DNA of 64,000 nucleotides from the IMG/VR virus record IMGVR_UViG_3300023184_008416, positions 32,001 through 96,000 of that record; one strand, 5' to 3'. The notes beneath the pieces are model-generated. The model ran no database searches. It was not told the origin of the DNA and worked only from the letters and a program-made list of their open reading frames with translations. The position numbers and the translations under genes are program-made. Below are positions 1 through 8,014 of this stretch, piece after piece (position 1 is the stretch's first letter; each line of letters starts with the position of its first letter). This DNA is from a virus.

Positions 1-152
1 TTTAATTCTTTAATTTTATTTTCAGTGTTATCTGTTGTTCCATTAACAATACATAATATTTCAATATCATTGACATTCTGGTCAATGACGGATTGAATTG
101 ATTGTTTAATTGTATTTTCTGCATTTTTTACAGGTATGATAACAGATATCAT
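1..152 (-). CDS. GT2-family glycosyltransferase, N-terminal part (runs off the left edge)
   Basis: Manual translation from ATG at 152: MISVIIPVKNAENTIKQSIQSVIDQNVNDIEILCIVNGTTDNTENKIKEL, a typical GT-A N-terminus. Not in the ORF track. Confidence 0.85.
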   Translation of the reverse strand, partial: MISVIIPVKNAENTIKQSIQSVIDQNVNDIEILCIVNGTTDNTENKIKEL

Positions 153-153
153 T

Positions 154-2040
154 TTAATGATTCACTTTTACTTTAATATGTGGTGTTTTTGTTCCATCCC
201 ATTTCCTGTGCCAAACCCATCCACCGATGTTTTCTAATCTATTTGCTAGTTCTTGTATTTCTTCATCTGTAACATCTACCCAAGGTTTATCAAAAAACAT
301 ATTATTTTCTTTTGTATCTATTTGAGGAATGTTGTACATGCTTTCCCAAAATCTTGACCAGTATTTTTGGTATGTTTTTATTTTTCTTGGTAAATTTTGC
401 CAGCTATAATGGACAACATGGGGTAGATTATCTATGACCTGATTGATCCAATTTTCATAAGCACTTAATGCATTTTGATCGCCGTTTAGTGCCAAATGTC
501 TAATTTTTTCTGATTCTTGAGATATGAAAGTTGCATGAGGAACTCTTTCTCCAGAATCTTCATAAATCATGTCACATGAGTCTGTTCCTGTGGCTGCATA
601 TAACTTTCCTTCTTCATCATATCTACGTAACTCTTTTGGAATGCCATGAGTAATATTTTTAGAATTTCTGCTTAATCTCCATTTCCATGGAGTAACGTCT
701 ATTCTAACTTTTCCATTTTTACCCCAAAGATCTATTACGGGTAATGATATGATCTCAAGATTTTTTGACATCTTTTTTGCTAAATCTACAATTTTAGCTT
801 CATATCCATCTGGCACAATTTCATCTGAATCCATTTGCCAGCAAAAATCGCTGGTACACATTTTTCTAGCCTCGGCCTTCAACAGACCATCAACTTGAAC
901 AGCAAATCTTTTGTCATTAAAATCTTTTTTGCTGACCTTAAGTTTTAATTTACTTTCTTTTTCAGATAACTCTTGTAATTTTTCTATGGTACCATCTGTA
1001 GAACCACAATCTACTACACATACTTCATCACAAAAGTTTAACATTGATTTAACGCATTGCAAAAATGGGTACTCCCCATCAATGCAATTGTATGTTGTAG
1101 TATACCCACTTATAGTTGGCTTATAATCCATTATTTTTTTAATAGCTGACCAAAACATTTCGGGAGCGCTGTAAAGATAATTGTAAATTTCATCAAATGA
1201 TCCATTGAACCATTCTTCTTTTGAATGTTGTACGTAATCGTTTAATTCAAGTTTACAACCAAGAAGTTTAGCTTCAATAACCATTCTAGGACACGTATCA
1301 GCACCAGACGGCAAATAAACAAATCCTTCTGCAAAAGCCATTTTAGCAAGCATTTCATCGTAAGATACGTTCCATACTACTTCGTAGTCTTTTTGATTGT
1401 CTTTGCACCACTTTTTTGCTGTTTCTGCACCCTTTACCCAAGAATTTGAACCCAAAACTATCCAACCTTTTTTGGAATCTTGAGATGAAATTACTTGATG
1501 TTTCAATAATTTTATTTTTGCGAGTGTCTCTTTGCTAAAAATGCTGGATATTACGATATTGTCTTTTTCATATAAAAATGGAAAGTTTGTAATATATCTA
1601 ATTTTTTGAGACTCTGACATCCACCAGATGCTCTGTGCACCTTGAAAGAAGGCAGAAATAATCTTTCCGTTGAGTTGATTGTGGCAATCACATGGAAGAC
1701 CGGTAATATTCTCGTGCTTTTCTGGTGACCTATAACTGCAATATTTGTAGTCATATTCCAACACAGAATATTTCATGTTTCCGACTATCGTTGGAATTAA
1801 GTTGGAATTAAGTTGAGCAAAATTTCCAAAAATCCAGTGACAATGTTGTCCGGATCTCAAAATATCAATATTAATCTGTGAACTTTTGATTTTTACGTAA
1901 TTTACAGGACATGAATCAATTAATGCCTGAGTTGTTAACTCAGCTCCTCCAACATAATCTTCTATAAAAAAATCAGAAACAAATACTACTTTAGTTTCAT
2001 TGGTAATTTGAGGAGTTACTTGAAATGGACTTTGATTCAT
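154..2040 (-). CDS. Two-domain glycosyltransferase (GT-B/GT4-like N half, GT2 C half)
   Basis: N half has GGAEL and DTCPRMVIEAKLLG (GT4-like); C half has ISGYTTTYN, VCVVDCGSTDGT and the DxD motif QMDSDE. Confidence 0.8.
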   Translation of the reverse strand: MNQSPFQVTPQITNETKVVFVSDFFIEDYVGGAELTTQALIDSCPVNYVKIKSSQINIDILRSGQHCHWIFGNFAQLNSNLIPTIVGNMKYSVLEYDYKYCSYRSPEKHENITGLPCDCHNQLNGKIISAFFQGAQSIWWMSESQKIRYITNFPFLYEKDNIVISSIFSKETLAKIKLLKHQVISSQDSKKGWIVLGSNSWVKGAETAKKWCKDNQKDYEVVWNVSYDEMLAKMAFAEGFVYLPSGADTCPRMVIEAKLLGCKLELNDYVQHSKEEWFNGSFDEIYNYLYSAPEMFWSAIKKIMDYKPTISGYTTTYNCIDGEYPFLQCVKSMLNFCDEVCVVDCGSTDGTIEKLQELSEKESKLKLKVSKKDFNDKRFAVQVDGLLKAEARKMCTSDFCWQMDSDEIVPDGYEAKIVDLAKKMSKNLEIISLPVIDLWGKNGKVRIDVTPWKWRLSRNSKNITHGIPKELRRYDEEGKLYAATGTDSCDMIYEDSGERVPHATFISQESEKIRHLALNGDQNALSAYENWINQVIDNLPHVVHYSWQNLPRKIKTYQKYWSRFWESMYNIPQIDTKENNMFFDKPWVDVTDEEIQELANRLENIGGWVWHRKWDGTKTPHIKVKVNH

Positions 2041-2049
2041 TATGGAATG

Positions 2050-2078
2050 AATTTAAGATTATTACTTGAGATGTACAA
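2050..2078 (-). promoter_or_regulatory. Putative sigma70-like promoter for the glycosyltransferase genes
   Basis: Minus strand TTGTAC-N17-TAAATT, ending about 10 nt before the ATG at 2040. Confidence 0.45.
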
Positions 2079-2136
2079 CAGAATTTTTGTATGTTTTTTT
2101 ATTTGAAAACATATTTATAAACGGGAGATTTCTTCT

Positions 2137-2675
2137 ATGAAGACTTCAGCGGCTAAAACCATCGAAATTGATGATGAGCAAACACCTTCAAGTCAAATTG
2201 AAGATAAACTAAGTCAGCTTTTAGCTGAAGTTAGTCAAAAACTAACTGAAACTTCTACTTTAGAATCTAAGTTTGATAGAATTATATTTAAAGTAGAAAA
2301 GATAGAAGAATCCCAGAATAAGATTCTAGATCAAATATCTGATATACATGAAACAATGTACAATCCGGACAAGGGAATTTTTTCTAGAATTAAAGAAGTT
2401 GAACAAAAAGACAGCAAAAATGTTTTAATATTGGAACAATCAATATCTGAAATCGGTAATTCTCAGGAAGAAGAAAAAAAAAAGTAGAGAACTTTGAATT
2501 AATTCTTCATGATCACAAAGAAAATATTAAAAATATTGAACAAAAAATATCTGATTTTGAAAAAATCAGATCACACTTATCTTCATCAATAAAATGGATG
2601 ATTATAACATTGTTATCGGGAGCCGGCGGTTTATTTTCAAAAGTCATTTATGATCGTATAGGTAAACTTTTTTAA
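2137..2675 (+). CDS. Coiled-coil protein; 0-frame ends at 2487, -1 frame continues to 2675 and adds a C-terminal hydrophobic helix
   Basis: GGGAG RBS. A10 run at 2474-2483 gives A_AAA_AAG_TAG. The -1 frame reads VENFELILHDHKENIKNIEQKISDFEKIRSHLSSSIKWMIITLLSGAGGLFSKVIYDRIGKLF*. Confidence 0.65.
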
Positions 2676-2676
2676 A

Positions 2677-2705
2677 GTGTACTTTTAAAGAAATTAAACT
2701 ACAAT
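2677..2705 (+). promoter_or_regulatory. Putative sigma70-like promoter, probably leaderless transcript
   Basis: GTGTAC-N17-TACAAT ends 6 nt before the GTG start at 2712; no SD sequence. Confidence 0.45.
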
Positions 2706-2711
2706 TTAATT

Positions 2712-3833
2712 GTGATAAATTCTGTAGTAGCACAAGCCGTAAGAATGTTAGAATCAAATGTAATTTTTGAAGGAAAGATATTAAAATTTCCTGCAAATTT
2801 TGCATCTTTAAGATTCAGTGATAAAAATCATTCTTTACACCATCAAATTTTATTAGATGCTTGTCTAAAAGCAGAAAAAATTTTTCCTGGAGGTTCTACA
2901 GAGTTGGTTAGGATTTTAGCCTCCTCCAGAGTTTTTGACACAAAACAAAATCATCTTTTTTACCAGCCGAACAGACAACAATTGTTTGATCATTTGACCT
3001 CTTTAGGTCATGATGATTTTATTTTTAACTTATGTATGACAGCATTAGATTTTGCTGGGTCAAATGGAAAAATAATCATTGAAAAAACTCATTCTAATGA
3101 AACAAGTTTAGAATTACGTACTGGGAGTCAATTTGAAATAAATTCTCCTCTCGGCAATTTTGAAATAAAGGATCCCAGAATTGTTATTTTTGATGGATTT
3201 GTAGAATCAGTTTCAGAAATTCACCATTTGTTGACCCAGGTTTCTGACACTGGAGATGATGTAATTTTAATTGCAAGAGGTTATCATGATGATGTTTTGT
3301 TAACTCTTTCTTTAAATCTTAAACGTGGACTTGTAAAAGTTAGACCAATCACAGTCAAGTTTGATGAAACTGGAATTAATACGTTGAAAGATATGTGTGT
3401 TGTTACCGGTTCAAGTATGATCACAAGTGATATGGGATTATTACTTACAGGAATAAAAATATCAGAATTTCCAAGAATAAAATCTTGTCAAGTAAATGAT
3501 AAAAAGATTTATTTGGAAAATCCATCCCAAAATTACAACATCCAGTTACACTTTCAAGATTTATTGAATCGTATTAAAGATTCTGATACCGAGATGCATT
3601 GTGAACTCTTAAAACTAAGAGCCCAAAGTCTTTCAACCAGACAAGTAACAATTAGATTACCTAATAAGATTTCCGTGGCAGTAATTAGACAGTCTTTAGA
3701 TTCTTGTTTTAGACAAATTTCTCACATTACAAAAAATGGAATGTGTGTTGATAAACAAACATTTATTCAATCTGCACTAAATAATCTGATAGATCAAGTT
3801 AAAATTTCTCTTGATTCATTAATAATTGAATAA
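2712..3833 (+). CDS. Divergent, truncated chaperonin (GroEL/Cpn60-like)
   Basis: Apical-domain-like segment DPRIVIFDGFVESVSEIHHLL..VILIARGYHDDVLLTLSLNLKRGLVKV..TLKDMCVVTG and GSNGKIIIEK. The GDGTTT motif is replaced by PGGSTE; only 373 aa. Confidence 0.75.
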   Translation: MINSVVAQAVRMLESNVIFEGKILKFPANFASLRFSDKNHSLHHQILLDACLKAEKIFPGGSTELVRILASSRVFDTKQNHLFYQPNRQQLFDHLTSLGHDDFIFNLCMTALDFAGSNGKIIIEKTHSNETSLELRTGSQFEINSPLGNFEIKDPRIVIFDGFVESVSEIHHLLTQVSDTGDDVILIARGYHDDVLLTLSLNLKRGLVKVRPITVKFDETGINTLKDMCVVTGSSMITSDMGLLLTGIKISEFPRIKSCQVNDKKIYLENPSQNYNIQLHFQDLLNRIKDSDTEMHCELLKLRAQSLSTRQVTIRLPNKISVAVIRQSLDSCFRQISHITKNGMCVDKQTFIQSALNNLIDQVKISLDSLIIE

Positions 3834-3869
3834 AACCATTTTATTAAATCTTAAAATTTAAGATAATAT

Positions 3870-4118
3870 TTGACTATGACAAATGATAAGTTAAAAATCG
3901 TCAAATCTACAAAAAACATTTTTGAAAACGCAAGAGACGTAACCGTTTCAAAATTAGTAGAAATGACCAATCAAGGTGTCATAAAATTAGACAGAGATCA
4001 ATTGACAAGAGTTATTCAGGTAGTTCAGACAACCTTAGATAATTCTTATCAAAATAGTATAAAATTTCACGAAAGAGAAATTACAAATGCTTTAGAAGAA
4101 GCATCTAAAAAAAAGTAA
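3870..4118 (+). CDS. Hypothetical helical protein
   Basis: 82-aa ORF tightly packed in an operon. Confidence 0.6.
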   Translation: MTMTNDKLKIVKSTKNIFENARDVTVSKLVEMTNQGVIKLDRDQLTRVIQVVQTTLDNSYQNSIKFHEREITNALEEASKKK

Positions 4119-4140
4119 ATTTACTCTGGAATAAATTTGT

Positions 4141-4602
4141 ATGTATGGTCAAAAACATTTGGTAAAATGTAGGTGTATCTTACCTCAATTTAAGAATAAA
4201 GTAGATCCTCCTACCCATCAATTTATAGTTTTTTCAACCTTAGATGATGAGGGAAATCCAATTATTAAATTTTCTCAATGTAATAATTGTGGAATAATTC
4301 ATAAAATTACTGATATCTGTACCTCAGATATCATCGGTGGAAAAGAACAATTAAATTCAATTGTCACAATTGATGACATCAGACCAACTCTAAACATTAA
4401 TCTTGTGGGAATATTAGAAAAAAACATGGCTGATCTTCCCACTTGGGAAAATGCAAAATTTATTATTGAAAACAAGATGTGGGGCCAAAGAATAACTCTT
4501 TCCCCTGAATCACAAGACGGCTTACGTATGGGAAAGGTTTTGACCATAATGGGAGATTCACAGTTTAAAGTTGATTCCTTTGCAAAGGAAGAAACAATAT
4601 GA
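4141..4602 (+). CDS. Hypothetical protein with probable Zn-binding Cys pairs
   Basis: CRC and CNNC motifs; overlaps the next start (ATGA). Confidence 0.65.
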   Translation: MYGQKHLVKCRCILPQFKNKVDPPTHQFIVFSTLDDEGNPIIKFSQCNNCGIIHKITDICTSDIIGGKEQLNSIVTIDDIRPTLNINLVGILEKNMADLPTWENAKFIIENKMWGQRITLSPESQDGLRMGKVLTIMGDSQFKVDSFAKEETI

Positions 4603-4868
4603 ACCAAGAAATATACGGTCAGTTAAATTCAGAAAAATTAGCACTTGAGAATCAAAAATGTCGACAAATTGTCAATGAAATACTAGATTTTGGTGTTAAT
4701 CAACGTCAACTAATGATGATTATTTACTTGTTATCTCTTAACGTTGAAAACATAGAAACAGCACAAGAATTATCCACCGTAATCAAGGAATTATCACCTG
4801 AAATTTTTGTCGGTCGTAATGAAGACAATAACACCTTAGAAAGGATCGAATTGTATGGGAAGACCTAG
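4599..4868 (+). CDS. Hypothetical protein
   Basis: 89 aa, AAGGA RBS, overlaps both neighbours. Confidence 0.6.
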   Translation: MNQEIYGQLNSEKLALENQKCRQIVNEILDFGVNQRQLMMIIYLLSLNVENIETAQELSTVIKELSPEIFVGRNEDNNTLERIELYGKT

Positions 4869-5460
4869 ATCAGATTCATCTATTGAATCTAAAACAAGAG
4901 TTTCAGACGGGGGAGATAGTCACAATCCTCTCAATTATGGTCACAGTGAAGACGCTAGGATAGTTTATCTAGCTGGAGAGGTTAGTGAAGCATCAATCAC
5001 TAACGTTATTGCACAATTGTTAGGTCTTGCAAGCATTAGCAACAAACCAATACAGCTTGTCGTTTCAACTTATGGTGGTTCTGTAGATGAAATGTTTAGT
5101 CTTTATGACGTGATGAAATTTCTATCTTGTCCAGTTCACACTGTTGGCCTCGGCAAGATCATGTCGGCAGGTATTCTTCTTTTATCTTCAGGCAAAAAAG
5201 GTGCCAGATTACTTGGCAACAACGCTCGTCTAATGATTCATCCCATTGCTGGTCATGCTTTTGGGAAAATGTTTGATTTAGAAAATGAAGTTGCAGAGTG
5301 CAGAAGAATGCAAAATTTAATGATTGAACTCTTGAAAAAAGAGACCAAAATGACAAAAGCCGACATTGACAAGATCATGAATTTAAGCCATGATTTTTAT
5401 TTGACACCTCAACAGGCACTGAAATACGGAATTGTTGATAAAATCATTGGTGCAACTTGA
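4855..5460 (+). CDS. clpP: ClpP-family protease subunit
   Basis: RIVYLAGEV and STYGGSV; catalytic Ser in IMSAG, His in LMIHP, Asp in HDFYLT; ends ALKYGIVDKII. Confidence 0.92.
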   Translation: MGRPRSDSSIESKTRVSDGGDSHNPLNYGHSEDARIVYLAGEVSEASITNVIAQLLGLASISNKPIQLVVSTYGGSVDEMFSLYDVMKFLSCPVHTVGLGKIMSAGILLLSSGKKGARLLGNNARLMIHPIAGHAFGKMFDLENEVAECRRMQNLMIELLKKETKMTKADIDKIMNLSHDFYLTPQQALKYGIVDKIIGAT

Positions 5461-5461
5461 A

Positions 5462-5490
5462 TTGAAATACCTGTCAAACTATGTTATAAA
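5462..5490 (+). promoter_or_regulatory. Putative sigma70 promoter
   Basis: TTGAAA-N17-TATAAA upstream of ATG 5502. Confidence 0.55.
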
Positions 5491-5501
5491 ATTACAATAC
5501 G

Positions 5502-7127
5502 ATGGGACAGGTAGACTACGATCAATTTTTTCCATTTGAAAAAATTAGATCTGAACAAAGAAAAGCTATTGAATTTGCCCTTGACTCAATTGAAGTTGAG
5601 GGCAAAAAGTTTGTGCTACTCGAAATGGGTGTAGGTTCTGGTAAATCAGCAACCGGTGTAACGATTGCCAGATATCTTCTTTCAAAATTAGAAGGTAAAG
5701 AATCAGGTTCTTATTTCCTGACAACACAAAAAGTTTTGCAAGATCAATACATGAAAGACTTTGGCCCAAATTCCTTGGGTCTCATGAGAACAATAAAGTC
5801 TAGTTCAAATTATAGATGTGCATATCATCCTGCACAATCTTGTGCTGAGTCTAGAAGAGTCCTACCACACCTACGTCAAGTTGAAGAAGCAAAAGATTTT
5901 GTTAAAACATGCAATGAACTGTGTCCTTATTCAAAGGAAAAATCATTTTTTATTCAATCGCAATTAGGAGTAACTAATTTTTCTTATTTCTTAGCAGAAA
6001 CAATGTATGCTGGGAAATTGGAGCCTCGTCGACTCTTAGTCATTGATGAAGCTCACAATATCGAAGCCGAATTATCAAAATTTATTGAGGTCACATTTTC
6101 TGAAAAATTTGCAAAAGATGTATTGAAGTGTAAGTTTACAAACGATACGTCTCAAATTGGTGTTTTTAGTTGGATTAAAAAAGTTTATTTGCCAGCTCTA
6201 AATAAGCACATAAAAAAAACAGAATCATTGGTAAAAAAAGAAATGAATGCTGGTGATTCTATTGATGAATCAAGCAAACGTTATGAAATGCTTGACAAAC
6301 ACGTTTGCAAGGTCAATAGATTCACTGGTATGTATCAACCAGATAAATGGATCATGAATTGTGTTGAAGTAAATAACAAAGGCAATATCCTTAGAAAATT
6401 TGAATTTAAACCAATATCGGTGGCCGAATATTCTCATGAACAACTTTTTAAATTTGGAGAAAAAGTTATCATGTTGTCCGCTACAATATTAAATAAGTCA
6501 GCTTTTTGTCGGTCAATTGGATTAAAAGAATCAGACGTTGCTTTTATAAGCATCCCGTCACCATTCTTGGCACAGAATAAACCAGTTCATATTTTACCCG
6601 TAGGTTCAATGTCTGTTAACAACATTAATGACACTCTTCCTAAAATGGTACATGTTGTTCGTGAAATTATGAACCAACATTCTAATGAAAAAGGAATAAT
6701 TCATGCTGTGAATTACAAGGTTGCAAATTACTTAAAAGAAAATTTGAACGATTCAAGAATATTGACTCACGATTCATCGAATCGTGATTTAGTTTTACAA
6801 CAACACGTGAATAGTAAAGAACCGACTGTATTGTTGTCACCTTCTATGATGGAAGGCGTAGATCTTGCTGATGATGCTAGCAGATTTCAAATCTTGTGTA
6901 AGGTTCCATTCCCATATCTTGGTGATCTTGTTGTCCAAAAAAGGATGAAAAATGATGATCTCTGGTACCCTTATCAGACAGCTAAATCCATTATCCAATC
7001 ACTTGGAAGATCGATTAGAAATGAAGATGATTATGCAATATCCTATTTATTAGATTCTGATTGGCAAAATTTTTATAGAAAACACTCTAACATGTTTTCT
7101 GAAGATTTTTGTAAAGTATTAAAGTAG
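5502..7127 (+). CDS. DinG/XPD-family SF2 helicase
   Basis: Q motif RSEQ, Walker A GVGSGKS, DEAH, LSAT, EGVDL, KVPFP, QSLGRSIR; four Cys consistent with an Fe-S domain. Confidence 0.9.
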   Translation: MGQVDYDQFFPFEKIRSEQRKAIEFALDSIEVEGKKFVLLEMGVGSGKSATGVTIARYLLSKLEGKESGSYFLTTQKVLQDQYMKDFGPNSLGLMRTIKSSSNYRCAYHPAQSCAESRRVLPHLRQVEEAKDFVKTCNELCPYSKEKSFFIQSQLGVTNFSYFLAETMYAGKLEPRRLLVIDEAHNIEAELSKFIEVTFSEKFAKDVLKCKFTNDTSQIGVFSWIKKVYLPALNKHIKKTESLVKKEMNAGDSIDESSKRYEMLDKHVCKVNRFTGMYQPDKWIMNCVEVNNKGNILRKFEFKPISVAEYSHEQLFKFGEKVIMLSATILNKSAFCRSIGLKESDVAFISIPSPFLAQNKPVHILPVGSMSVNNINDTLPKMVHVVREIMNQHSNEKGIIHAVNYKVANYLKENLNDSRILTHDSSNRDLVLQQHVNSKEPTVLLSPSMMEGVDLADDASRFQILCKVPFPYLGDLVVQKRMKNDDLWYPYQTAKSIIQSLGRSIRNEDDYAISYLLDSDWQNFYRKHSNMFSEDFCKVLK

Positions 7128-7178
7128 TTTTTACTCTTTATGAACTAGATATATTGTATTCATATCGGAGGATTTCTC

Positions 7179-7391
7179 ATGAAGGATGTCGTAAACCAAC
7201 AACTACTTGATCACTGGCACGAGCTTCGCACTATGGTTGACGCTCTTGAACAAGATGTCAATAAAAATGCTCGTGGTGTTTCAGCTGCTGGTGTTAGAAC
7301 ACGCAAAGGTGCAAGAACCTTAAAGAAGAAATTAGCAGAACTTGCAAAAGAAAGCCTGTTGATGGAACACTCAAAGAAAAGCGAAGGGTGA
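7179..7391 (+). CDS. Histone H1-like (Hc1-domain) nucleoid protein
   Basis: GVSAAGVRTRKGARTLKK resembles the Hc1 core GNKAAGxRARK; strong GGAGG RBS. Confidence 0.75.
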   Translation: MKDVVNQQLLDHWHELRTMVDALEQDVNKNARGVSAAGVRTRKGARTLKKKLAELAKESLLMEHSKKSEG

Positions 7392-7400
7392 GGTTTACAT

Positions 7401-7709
7401 ATGCCTTCACGTCGACCGATTCTAATGGAAATTGAGAAATTAGGTCTTTCTCATCACGAATCTCACACAGCCTCTAGTCTGTCTTCTTTCAAGGGAAAAC
7501 AAGTCAAAGAAAAAAATGTTGAAATTCAACCCCAGGTAGAATTAACTTTACTTAAAGTTGAAGAGCTACCTAAAACCGAAGAAGTTAAAACTGAAATTAA
7601 GGTTGAAGAATCTTTACCTCAAGTTTTTGAGGAAGTTGAAGTTCAAAATTCCGTGGTGGAAGAATCAACAAAAAAGGAAAAAGGATTTCGCAAGAAAAAG
7701 AAGGATTAA
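7401..7709 (+). CDS. Hypothetical low-complexity (Glu/Lys) protein
   Basis: GAGG RBS; 102 aa ending in a basic tail. Confidence 0.55.
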   Translation: MPSRRPILMEIEKLGLSHHESHTASSLSSFKGKQVKEKNVEIQPQVELTLLKVEELPKTEEVKTEIKVEESLPQVFEEVEVQNSVVEESTKKEKGFRKKKKD

Positions 7710-7960
7710 CACAATTCTTTTATTTTATTAAGTATCTTTTTTTCAATTTGACAAATTCTCATTCTTGTTAAACCATAAACAGCTCCAACGTCCTGTAGGG
7801 TCCAGGGGCTGTTTTGTGCTCCTACTATTGAACAATTTTGATGTGATGCATCAGGAAACCAATTATCACAGTTTTTTCTTTGGCAAGGAGTCTTGTGCTG
7901 TTGGTGAACTGAAAAGCAGGTTTTACCTTGTAAGACTGTGAGTTTTTTATTGTTTTCCAT
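7706..7960 (-). CDS. Stand-alone sigma70 region-4 HTH protein with Cys-rich N-terminus
   Basis: WTLQDVGAVYGLTRMRICQIEKKILNKI aligns to RpoD region 4.2 ([27 protein letters not shown]). Confidence 0.8.
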   Translation of the reverse strand: MENNKKLTVLQGKTCFSVHQQHKTPCQRKNCDNWFPDASHQNCSIVGAQNSPWTLQDVGAVYGLTRMRICQIEKKILNKIKELC

Positions 7961-8014
7961 TGATTATATATTACAGTTGATTAATTGTGGTGTATTACAT
8001 TACCTACTATTCTA

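Noticed and set aside
4107-4165. Second A_AAA_AAG followed by a stop at the end of ORF 3870-4118
   Set aside because: The -1 frame closes after about 16 codons and does not join ORF 4141; probably just a Lys-rich C-terminus.
5502-7127. DinG as a type IV CRISPR component
   Set aside because: No repeat-spacer array or cas-like genes are visible in the window.
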